Source of the DNA: Spirochaetaceae bacterium
GTDB lineage: Bacteria > Spirochaetota > Spirochaetia > DSM-2461
Length of the DNA stretch: 64,000 bases
Reading direction: 5' to 3'
NCBI GenBank assembly: GCA_051531975.1
Contig: JAOPTT010000006.1
Span: 590,977 to 654,976, forward strand
Made by a program: the position numbers and the translations under genes. This document shows positions 1-8,777 of the stretch, one piece after another (the stretch's first letter is position 1; the number at the start of each line of letters is the position of its first letter). The notes beneath the pieces were generated by a model. That model saw only the letters and a program-made list of their open reading frames with translations. It searched no databases and was not told the origin of the DNA.

Positions 1-113
1 CTATAAAACCAAATGGTGAAATACTTGCCGAGGGAACTCCAAAAGGTTGTCTATCATGCCATAGTGGAGTCAAATACAACGATTATATAGTTGTGAAAGA
101 TATTAGAGAATAA
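1..113 (+). CDS. 3' end of a c-type cytochrome, cytochrome P460-like (partial)
   Basis: Frame from nt 3 reads IKPNGEILAEGTPKGCLSCHSGVKYNDYIVVKDIRE*, with CxxCH near the C-terminus followed by NDY. Truncated by the window edge; absent from the ORF track. Confidence 0.6.
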   Translation, partial: IKPNGEILAEGTPKGCLSCHSGVKYNDYIVVKDIRE

Positions 114-142
114 AATAATCCACAATATATAATCGATCTATT

Positions 143-655
143 TTATAGTTTAATTTTAGTGGAAGATCTATAACTATGAATAGATCTAAAGTTGTCTTTT
201 CTACCAAATGCAAATATAACTTTATATGTAGAACCAACAGTTAGTTTCTGGTCATATTTATCCTTTGTATTTAATTTTCTAGAGAATTTTATTGTGGTAA
301 ATCCATCATTTTCAGAACCTTCTATCCCTATGATATCATTTGTACCTTTTATTGATGTATCTAATTTATGGGATGTTAAACCTGTAGCAAAATGATCCTC
401 TATAACTAGTTTTCCATCTTTAACATAACCAATAATAATATCAGCATCTTTCATCATTTTAGTTGGTTCAAATCCAATTGCTACCCACCCTAATGTTTTT
501 GCTTTAACGGTAAACTCAACTACATCTCCAGTTATTTCCCAAAAAACAGTAATATTATCTTTTTCTAATTTTTTCATCCCTATTTCTTGAGCTAATAAAG
601 AATTTACAAAATGCAAATATAATAAAACAATTAAAACTTTATATAATTTTTTCAT
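143..655 (-). CDS. Secreted DOMON-domain protein
   Basis: Signal peptide; GWVAIGF, M-x-x-ADIIIG and IKFSRKLNT-x-D-x-x-D motifs; distal His. Confidence 0.85.
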   Translation of the reverse strand: MKKLYKVLIVLLYLHFVNSLLAQEIGMKKLEKDNITVFWEITGDVVEFTVKAKTLGWVAIGFEPTKMMKDADIIIGYVKDGKLVIEDHFATGLTSHKLDTSIKGTNDIIGIEGSENDGFTTIKFSRKLNTKDKYDQKLTVGSTYKVIFAFGRKDNFRSIHSYRSSTKIKL

Positions 656-831
656 AATAATCTCCTATTAATAACTATAATAGTAATGAATATCATTTAC
701 CATCTATTTCAATTCATTATATGGATGTTTTATAATTATCTATATAATGAAAACATATAAACTGTTTATTTAATTTAACTTAATTGGATTTAATTTAGAT
801 AAATTAGTTACCATCTACTACTTTAGTAGTA

Positions 832-860
832 TTGACTATGGGTTACCTTTTAAGTATATT
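832..860 (+). promoter_or_regulatory. sigma70-type promoter of ssrA
   Basis: TTGACT-17 nt-TATATT ending 13 nt before the tmRNA 5' end. Confidence 0.65.
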
Positions 861-873
861 TTGTAGAGTATTC

Positions 874-1254
874 GGGGGTGCCCTGGATTCGACTGGCGGA
901 TGTAGTTTAGTAGGCTGCAAGTAGAGCGTCTAACTCTTAAAACTGGTCAAAAATTTTAAATGCTAAAAAAGAAGACGAAGTTATCATCTGTTTAGGTGAT
1001 AGTGTGTCATTAGCAATAGCAGCATAGTCTGCTACGGTAATTATTAGTCGCTGTTCCTAGGCTTCTATGCACCGTAAGAAATAGGGACTTACCTTTTGTG
1101 TCGTTAAGAGCATAAGGGGGAAAATTACATCTTAACTGGATTAGGGAACGGTTGTCACCTCCTGTACCCCTAATTGAGATCTAAACGAGGAGCTAAACTT
1201 GTAGAGGTTTATTAAATGCCCGTTAGGACGAGGGTTCGATTCCCTCCACCTCCA
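874..1254 (+). ncRNA. ssrA: tmRNA (SsrA)
   Basis: 5' GGGGGTG...GGATTCGAC; 3' T-arm GAGGGTTCGATTCCCTC and CACCTCCA forming an Ala acceptor stem with G3:U; tag ORF 962-1027 AKKEDEVIICLGDSVSLAIAA*; CCA not encoded. Confidence 0.97.
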
Positions 1255-1262
1255 TGTAAATT

Positions 1263-1311
1263 GACTTCTGTAAATCGTTATAGTATAATGATTTACAGAA
1301 GTCTTTTTTTT
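1263..1311 (+). terminator. Intrinsic terminator after ssrA, overlapping the presumed attL arm
   Basis: GACTTCTGTAAATC / GATTTACAGAAGTC inverted repeat followed by a T-run. Confidence 0.75.
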
Positions 1312-1356
1312 ACTAAAATTGTAATTGTGAACAGTTTGTGAACAAAACGAATTTCA

Positions 1357-2481
1357 ATGGAGATATATGCTATGGGACGTCCAAAACAACAGTTTTCTCT
1401 ATACAAGAGAGATAATGGTATCTGGTATTACATGACTTATGATGCTTTTGGGAAAAGAACCACTAAGAAATCTACTGGGCAGACAAATAAAACAGCAGCA
1501 CATAACTACTGTCTAAGTCTTTTTAAAGATAACTTACTAATTCCAGACTCATCAGTAAAGATTAGTACATATATGGAGAAAAAAAACTTTTATGTATGGG
1601 GTAAATGTTCCTACAGTGTAGAAAATGAGTTAACTCAATCATATACCAACCAATGTCTCGCAAGATTTCAAAATCATATACTCCCATACTTAGCCAATAT
1701 GACATTCGATGATTTAACTTCTAAGACAATAAATCAATGGCAATCTAAACTACTAACAGATAAAGACCTAGCCCCTAAAACAGTTAGAGATACAAGATCT
1801 GTTCTCTTTACAATATTAGACTCAGCTAGAGTTGATGGGTATTTAACTAAGGATATAAAATTAGGAATAAAAAAACTCCCTAAAAACAAAAGGAAAGTAA
1901 GAGGTATTCTGACTGAACATGAAGTAAGCAAACTATTTGATAAGGCTAATTATCATGAATATTGGGGTGATAACTTTTTATATTACACAGCCTCTTTAGT
2001 AGCTTGTTTTACTGGTATGAGACAAGGAGAAATTTTGGCTTTGACTCCAGATAAGATTTTTGAGAATCATATATACGTTTGTCATAGTTATAATAAGTTT
2101 GGACTTGGTCCTACTAAAACAAAAGAAACAAGGCAAGTATATATGAACAATATAGTTAAACATCAGCTTATAGAGATAATGCCGGAATCTGGATTTATAT
2201 TCACATACAATGGAGATTCCCCACTTACCCCTCAAAGACTAACTGAAGCTTTTTATAGAGCTATAGAAAAAATGGGTATCAGTAAAGTTCTGCGAGAGCA
2301 AAGAAACATTACATTTCACTCATTCAGACACTTCCTAGTAACCTACCTTAGAGGAAAAGGTGTTACAGATGCTGAAATCACATCAATAACAGGTCAAAAG
2401 ACCATAAAAATAATTGATGACTACACAAGATTTGATAAACTATCAAATCATAATGTTATTGCAGCATTAGAAGAGATTTAA
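1357..2481 (+). CDS. int: Tyrosine recombinase / integrase
   Basis: TGMRQGEI (R), KTK, HSFRH, Tyr in DDYT; N-terminal arm-binding and SAM-like regions. The usual second His is Q (ITGQK). Start may be the ATG at 1372. Confidence 0.95.
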   Translation: MEIYAMGRPKQQFSLYKRDNGIWYYMTYDAFGKRTTKKSTGQTNKTAAHNYCLSLFKDNLLIPDSSVKISTYMEKKNFYVWGKCSYSVENELTQSYTNQCLARFQNHILPYLANMTFDDLTSKTINQWQSKLLTDKDLAPKTVRDTRSVLFTILDSARVDGYLTKDIKLGIKKLPKNKRKVRGILTEHEVSKLFDKANYHEYWGDNFLYYTASLVACFTGMRQGEILALTPDKIFENHIYVCHSYNKFGLGPTKTKETRQVYMNNIVKHQLIEIMPESGFIFTYNGDSPLTPQRLTEAFYRAIEKMGISKVLREQRNITFHSFRHFLVTYLRGKGVTDAEITSITGQKTIKIIDDYTRFDKLSNHNVIAALEEI

Positions 2482-2959
2482 ATATAGTTAAATAAAAATA
2501 TAAAGTCCCACTTGATATACTTGTAGGGAGTACATTTATATGCCTTTGTCTAGTTTTGTTTCTCTTAGTATAAATCTTTGTGATATAAAGAGTTAGAGTA
2601 GATTGGTTTTGTTTCTCTTTGTCAGCTTTTGTACTGTTTTGTATTTCAAAGTGTGTCCATTTCGGTGTCTACAATGAACTTCATTACTTAAAAAACAATA
2701 TTTAACACTCATTCTACAACTGAATTTATTATATCATAATTCAGAATCTGGTTGTTATTTAATTTTAAGACGACTTTAATATAAACTTACATCCCAATAT
2801 TAGATTTAATAATTTTTATTACTTAAGAGAGTATTATATAATTGTTATGCTGTGCGGAGTTATATTTTAAATAAAATTAAAAAGTATTTTGGCTTTACCC
2901 TCAATAATTTTTATTTAATTGTTATTTTATATTTATATATATAAAATAAAGGAAATCAA

Positions 2960-3275
2960 ATGAGTAAAAACCATGAAGAACATGCACTAAACAATCCCAC
3001 ACCATATGAAGGAAATATTAAAACATCAAATGAAGAACACTCAATTGTTGAAGCAGCAAATAACAACGATTTAAATCCTATCTTAAAAAGATATGGGGAC
3101 TGGTGTGTAACAAACATGGTATTGAATGTCTTAAAATACAATATACGATAAGTATATCAAGGTTATATGAAGATGATTGAGAAACTCATTTAATAAAAAA
3201 ACATGGGTTAGAATTTCAGATTTTAGTAATATATTAGTTCACGCTAGAATAATGCATGAAACTGGTATGATTTAA
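2960..3275 (+). pseudogene. Degraded hypothetical gene
   Basis: RBS and ORF to ...GDWCVT, then shifted frames give KHGIECLKIQYTISISRLYEDD*ETH and TWVRISDFSNILVHAR; two frameshifts and a probable TGG>TGA. Confidence 0.45.
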
Positions 3276-3333
3276 TAATTTTTATTATATTAAAGAATAA
3301 CTTCAAAATTAAGGAGACCTTCAATAGGTAATC

Positions 3334-4047
3334 ATGAATGAAATAAACTTAAAAATACAGATTGAAAAATCATATTATCATTATGAATTATTTTTAGATG
3401 AAAAGAATAGAATAATGTTTTTATCTACAAGTAAATGGTCTGGTTATTCTGATACATCAAATAAAATTGAACTTAGAAAACCGGCTATTATTATACCTGA
3501 AAAAATGATTAGTATTTTAGATGAAATTAAACTTCCTTATATTGTTGTGAATGAACCTAAGGATTTTTTTATCTGGTTTTTAAGTGGTGGACATGCAATT
3601 ATTACTGAAGAAATGGTAAGTAAATTTCTTTCTGGTTCTTTAGATCCATCGCCTTCAATACAAGTCGGGAAAGCAGGCTTTAAACCGATGGAAGATCTTA
3701 CTGAAGCAATTTTTAACAGAGCACCATCAAAAAAGAAACGTATGGAAATATTAGATAGAGATAAACGGAAGTGTCAATACTGTGGAAGAAGCCCAAATAA
3801 TAATACAGATATTGAACTTCACCTTCATCATATAAAACCATTTGGTATTGGTGGCTTAACACATCCAGATAACTTAATAACTCTATGTCATACCTGTCAT
3901 AGTGGATTAGAACCACACTATAATTTCAATTTATATGATATATTAGAAAACCAAGATGGTAATAAAAATATCCAAATAAAATATATTGAAAGTATAAAAA
4001 AATATAGGGAAGTAGCTAAAGAAATAATTGAAAATGCAAGAAAGTAG
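3334..4047 (+). CDS. HNH endonuclease with unrecognised N-terminal domain
   Basis: RD-x-x-KCQYCG...LHLHHIKP...GG...NLITLCHTCH. Confidence 0.9.
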   Translation: MNEINLKIQIEKSYYHYELFLDEKNRIMFLSTSKWSGYSDTSNKIELRKPAIIIPEKMISILDEIKLPYIVVNEPKDFFIWFLSGGHAIITEEMVSKFLSGSLDPSPSIQVGKAGFKPMEDLTEAIFNRAPSKKKRMEILDRDKRKCQYCGRSPNNNTDIELHLHHIKPFGIGGLTHPDNLITLCHTCHSGLEPHYNFNLYDILENQDGNKNIQIKYIESIKKYREVAKEIIENARK

Positions 4048-4224
4048 TTTTTAATTAAATCGATATTGCAACAATTAAAAACTTTTTAATAGTATACACG
4101 TTTGGATAGTTAGCCATTATATTATAATTATCCTACCAGAATACATACTTGATATTTAACTTTTTAATGATTTATTATAAGAGATACAACAATAAAAATA
4201 TACTAAATATGAGTTGGGATTTAA

Positions 4225-5091
4225 TTATTTATAAAACTTTTTTATTGATGCTATACGAAAATAAAATAACACGAGAATAATCAATCCCACTAACCACAGA
4301 GAATATATGACTTTTGAAACTAAAATTGATAATGCAATATAATGCGCACTTTTTAGCATAAAGAAAATTATTAAAAAAATATATATTAAAATATAAATAG
4401 GAATATTGTCACTTTTTTTTGTGGAATGTTCTTTAGCTATAGGATTACGGTAAGAGATAATTGAATTAATATTTTTACCAGAAATATAGACATTTTCAAT
4501 AGGAAGGGAACTGTCAATTTTAGTCGTACCTTTATATAAATCAATAAGAGCATTATCTGCTGAAGATAAAACAAATTCTTTGTCATGTGGGCTATGGCTA
4601 GCCATTAGAGGAACTCCAACAAAACTAGTTCCATCTTCTAAACTAACAGAGACCCATCTATTAGAATTAAGGTCAAAGAAGTCATCCCATGGAGTTAATT
4701 TTTTTGTTCTATGATTCATATTTAATTTAGAACTAATATAGAAAGGAATCTCAAACCAAGCTGTTAAATAAATAATAAAACTTGTTGTAATCCCTACAAC
4801 AAAAAAATTTATCAAAGAATAGCCTAAGATATAAAACATATCTACATTAATTTGATCTAAATTAAAATTTGATATAATTCTTTGTATATTCCAACCATAT
4901 TTTAAAAGTGAATTTAAATGAATCATAATCGATATAACAGATCCACTAATAATTAAAATACTAAATCCAAGAGAAGTTATTGTTTGTTCAAATATTGATA
5001 CCTTCTCATATTCTTTTATAAGTCTAAGCATTTTAACAATTAAAAAACCTGGGAGAAGAAAAATTATATATAAAACGAAATCCATACTCAT
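4225..5091 (-). CDS. Membrane protein, DUF6338-like
   Basis: LLPGF N-terminal TM, PWDDFF motif, WVSVSLEDG beta domain, extra C-terminal TMs. Confidence 0.6.
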   Translation of the reverse strand: MSMDFVLYIIFLLPGFLIVKMLRLIKEYEKVSIFEQTITSLGFSILIISGSVISIMIHLNSLLKYGWNIQRIISNFNLDQINVDMFYILGYSLINFFVVGITTSFIIYLTAWFEIPFYISSKLNMNHRTKKLTPWDDFFDLNSNRWVSVSLEDGTSFVGVPLMASHSPHDKEFVLSSADNALIDLYKGTTKIDSSLPIENVYISGKNINSIISYRNPIAKEHSTKKSDNIPIYILIYIFLIIFFMLKSAHYIALSILVSKVIYSLWLVGLIILVLFYFRIASIKKFYK

Positions 5092-5115
5092 CTGTAAAAT
5101 CTCTTACATTTATTC

Positions 5116-5304
5116 TTATTTATTTGTTTTTACTGGACTACTATTAGTAGAACTTGTTGGTTGTATTGTAGGTGAACTACTCGGAGTAGTAAAAAGTTGT
5201 GGTTTAGGTCCTACAGACTGAGAACTGACTGGATTTAAGTTTACTGACTTACCCCAATTCTCACTACTTGTTATTTTAACTGAAAAATCTCCATTATGTC
5301 CCAT
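5116..5304 (-). CDS. Small Ser/Thr/Pro-rich protein
   Basis: AGGAG RBS; directly upstream of the DUF6338-like gene on the same strand. Confidence 0.55.
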   Translation of the reverse strand: MGHNGDFSVKITSSENWGKSVNLNPVSSQSVGPKPQLFTTPSSSPTIQPTSSTNSSPVKTNK

Positions 5305-5457
5305 GACTAACTCCTATAATATTATATAAATAAGATAATAATTAAATTAAAAATTGTCAATTTATACAAAACCTATAAATATATCAATATTTTGTAACTA
5401 ATTTTTTATTTGAATACTAAAGAAGAAGTACTATAAAATAAACTTTCTTACTATGTG

Positions 5458-5856
5458 TCATACTATAATATGAGTTGAATTATCACGAATAGCAGTAGTT
5501 ACGGCTGCTTTTTTCTTACCTTTGATTAGTGCATGAGAAAGATTAGGCGTGAATGGATCTGCTTCTATATCCTCTAAAGGATCATGTATAATCGTTTGCT
5601 TCCAAGGGTCAACAACTTCTCCAACACGTTTTGGATTTTTAGGATTTCTGATATCATCACAAATGTTAATAGAAACTATTAAGTTTTTACCTTGTGTAAC
5701 ATGAATGGACAGCTCTGGTTGAGTTTGTATCTTTTTCCAATCACAAGATAATTCTTTATCGTTAAATATGGAAATAGGTAACAATTCCTGATCTTTTGGG
5801 AATACTGCAGGATTAACATAACGATATAAAACTTCTTTGTCTGGAATACTACTCAT
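5458..5856 (-). CDS. Putative toxin, possibly ART/RES-like fold
   Basis: Abuts the Panacea gene; LYR...LSCDW...HDP...N-x-SHALI-x-G pattern. Confidence 0.5.
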   Translation of the reverse strand: MSSIPDKEVLYRYVNPAVFPKDQELLPISIFNDKELSCDWKKIQTQPELSIHVTQGKNLIVSINICDDIRNPKNPKRVGEVVDPWKQTIIHDPLEDIEADPFTPNLSHALIKGKKKAAVTTAIRDNSTHIIV

Positions 5857-6714
5857 CTATGAAATATCCTCTAAATATACACTGATGGCATCTTTAAATT
5901 GATCTATATCTGTCTCAAATTCAGTAAAATTACCATCAAGCTCTAATTCAACTTCTACTGTCTTATTATTATGAAGTTGTAAGTATAAATTCTTACTTTT
6001 ATTTAATAATTCTATTCCTATACCTCCAGATGGAATTGGACCTATAACTAATTGCGGAATAGAAGGTTTTGATTGTTTTGAAAATAAACTTAATTGGAAG
6101 TCTTCTAGAAAACTAACAGCGCTCATGGATATGTCTTCAATTGGCGCTTGCCCTCCTCCTGAAATCCACTCTTCACCAATTTCTACTAAATCTAATATAT
6201 ATTCTTTTCTGCCTTTGATGAGATTTGAAAAAGCAATCTTACTTTTTGAAAAACTTATATATTCATCAAAATCACTAAACTCTTCAAAATATTTTTGCAT
6301 ATCATCTTTTTCTATTTTTACATTTAATCCTTGAATATAATTCTTACACCATGGACTATCTGAGTGGGACATATCAATTAGTTCTTCCTGCATAATAGGT
6401 GTAAAAGTTAAAATAAAAGTAGTTAAAAACAGAGTAATTTTCTTTGAAAAATATTCATTATCTGTCTTATCAGGTTTATCTAACGACATATATCCGTTTC
6501 TTTTGTATTTGTCCCATATTGTTCTATTAACAGGTCCAAATTGCCAAGCTTGTAATTCTTCAGAAAACAATGGTTCTTTAAACTTTGAAAGATAAAACCC
6601 CTGAGCAAAATATAGTAACTTCTGTAATTCTCGATGAGAAATATTAGAATTAGAATTAAAAATTATGAAATCTGCTACGTCTGTAATTTTAACAGTATTC
6701 AAAATAACCTCCAA
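5857..6714 (-). CDS. Panacea (DUF4065/SocA-like) antitoxin with extra C-terminal domain
   Basis: LQKLLYFAQG, AWQFGPV and SH-x-x-x-PW motifs in the first ~145 aa. Confidence 0.85.
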   Translation of the reverse strand: MEVILNTVKITDVADFIIFNSNSNISHRELQKLLYFAQGFYLSKFKEPLFSEELQAWQFGPVNRTIWDKYKRNGYMSLDKPDKTDNEYFSKKITLFLTTFILTFTPIMQEELIDMSHSDSPWCKNYIQGLNVKIEKDDMQKYFEEFSDFDEYISFSKSKIAFSNLIKGRKEYILDLVEIGEEWISGGGQAPIEDISMSAVSFLEDFQLSLFSKQSKPSIPQLVIGPIPSGGIGIELLNKSKNLYLQLHNNKTVEVELELDGNFTEFETDIDQFKDAISVYLEDIS

Positions 6715-7145
6715 TTAATTAACTACTCTCAATAATATAATACAAAAATATCAATATTACACTAATATAATTATATTTATTATTATATGCCCTTGAAATG
6801 TTAACAACAGAGTTCAAATTCATAACATAGCAGTTTTTTACTTCTCATACAAAAACGAGGTATAACTGATTATTACAATACGCAACTGTATGATCAAATA
6901 AAACATCCCCTTACCCATCATACAGCCTATTATTGGGTGTTCTAAGGATAGTTAGATGACTGAGTACTATAATCCCTAGCCAAATAGGATATATAGCAGT
7001 TGTGATAGAATAAAATCAATGTACTCCCTAATCGGGAGTACTACTATAAGTATTTCTATTATCGATTATTAACAATAAAAAGATCTATATTCTTATTATA
7101 GTCACCTATTACAAGCTCTGATTCTGTCATTTTAGAATATAATAA

Positions 7146-7340
7146 TTACCTACGTTCTTGTTTCTCTAACCTACTAATTGTATCAAAACATTCCAAAACT
7201 TCTTTTGAATTCATGTTATCAATGACAATATGAGCTTTAAAAAGATGAGGATATTTCTTTAGAATAATTTTAAAAAAATCATAATGAACTTTCAGATCTG
7301 ATTTTAATTCATCAACTTATTTTTTGAGATCTTCTATTCG
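7146..7340 (-). pseudogene. Gene remnant
   Basis: RIEDLKK*VDELKSDLKVHYDFFKIILKKYPHLF...RLEKQERR*; protein-like frame with an internal stop and no start. Confidence 0.3.
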
Positions 7341-7765
7341 ATATAATTATTAATAATATTTTTAGCACTATATCCTTTTGTTAACGAGTTGAAGATAAGA
7401 GGATTGTTAATATCAATACAGTTTTTATATATATAAAAGTATATAAGAATCTAAAGTGAAGTTACAACTTTTAAATTAAAAAAAAGATATGTACTTACAA
7501 CCAAATCATATTAGATCTAACAAACTAACATAAGAAGTTTTATGCATATATATGTCCCAGTTATGTGAATTAGTTGTTTTAAAGATCTATTTATAATACA
7601 AGAACAGATATATGGTACTTACAATATCAAAGATCTTGTTTACATTTGTGTTTACAGTGGGAATTACAGTAGTTGTAACAACTTCAAAAACATCTACAAT
7701 TTGTTGAGTGCCATGCCCCCGACTTAACTAGAATTATTATGCTTAATATAAGATTTAATTGTAAT

Positions 7766-8575
7766 TCAACCCAATGAAGTTAAAAACTCAATTTGTTCTT
7801 TTACAATGTTATTAACAAACTGAGAGCATGTATAAAAAATGCATTGCACTTCTTTATATGTTAAATCAATACCTTCATTAGCTTTGAAGGATTTTGTAAA
7901 GTTTTCAATTTTCATGGTAGCTGGATTATCACTACTAACACTAACTACACCACCAACCTCAACTTCAACATTATCTTCGATTTGATATAAACCTATATAT
8001 AACATTTTTAAATCCAGAGTCTCTAAATCACTGTTATTAATATCCTTTGGTGCAAATACTATTCCATTTCTGTGAGACAAACAATTTCTCACTTTATTTA
8101 TTGTGATTATTTCATCCTTAAGAAGAAGATCCTTATTAATTTTCTTCTCGATTTCATTAATTAGTCTCGGTAAAGAAAATGATTGCGCTTTCTTATAGAT
8201 ACCTTCCTGACTATTACAAATATCTGTCACAGGTATATCCATCATCCCTTTATATTTATCCGATAAGACTAATAATGTATATGCATTACACATTGTGAGA
8301 ATAATTCCTTTAATACAATCTTCAGTAGCTTTACATAATAATACATTCTTTAAATGACTATCCAGTTCTACTTTAGTTGCTTCAACCCCCACTTCTAAAT
8401 GCAAAAAATCTTCACTTGAGTTCTTAAACCTTCCAGAAACTTCATCACTTGATTCAATAAGTCGAATTCCATAATTTACAGTCTGTAATGATTCATTCAT
8501 CACTTTAGTAAAATTAATTGCTGTGTCATTCGGATTAAAAATTAATTCTATCTTTTCGCTCATACGAATCTCCAT
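7766..8575 (-). CDS. HEPN-like protein (putative RNase)
   Basis: RNCLSH (RxxxxH) followed by RNG in helical context. Confidence 0.6.
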   Translation of the reverse strand: MEIRMSEKIELIFNPNDTAINFTKVMNESLQTVNYGIRLIESSDEVSGRFKNSSEDFLHLEVGVEATKVELDSHLKNVLLCKATEDCIKGIILTMCNAYTLLVLSDKYKGMMDIPVTDICNSQEGIYKKAQSFSLPRLINEIEKKINKDLLLKDEIITINKVRNCLSHRNGIVFAPKDINNSDLETLDLKMLYIGLYQIEDNVEVEVGGVVSVSSDNPATMKIENFTKSFKANEGIDLTYKEVQCIFYTCSQFVNNIVKEQIEFLTSLG

Positions 8576-8777
8576 ATACCAAAATTATGTCACCTGTTCG
8601 ATATGTTTACCAAATATATATACAGTAAGAATCTCTTGATTATCCTAAACCTCATCCACCAACACCTTATAGTAACTATAAACCATTTAACACTTTATAA
8701 TTCCCATAGTTATTTCTACTATTAAATACCTATTAAAAGTGTTAGGTTTTATTCCCTCAACTATAATCCTTAGTTAC

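Noticed and set aside
1357..2481. Integron integrase serving the attC-like repeats
   Set aside because: No IntI-specific insertion evident; arm-binding N-terminus and position at tmRNA indicate an island integrase.
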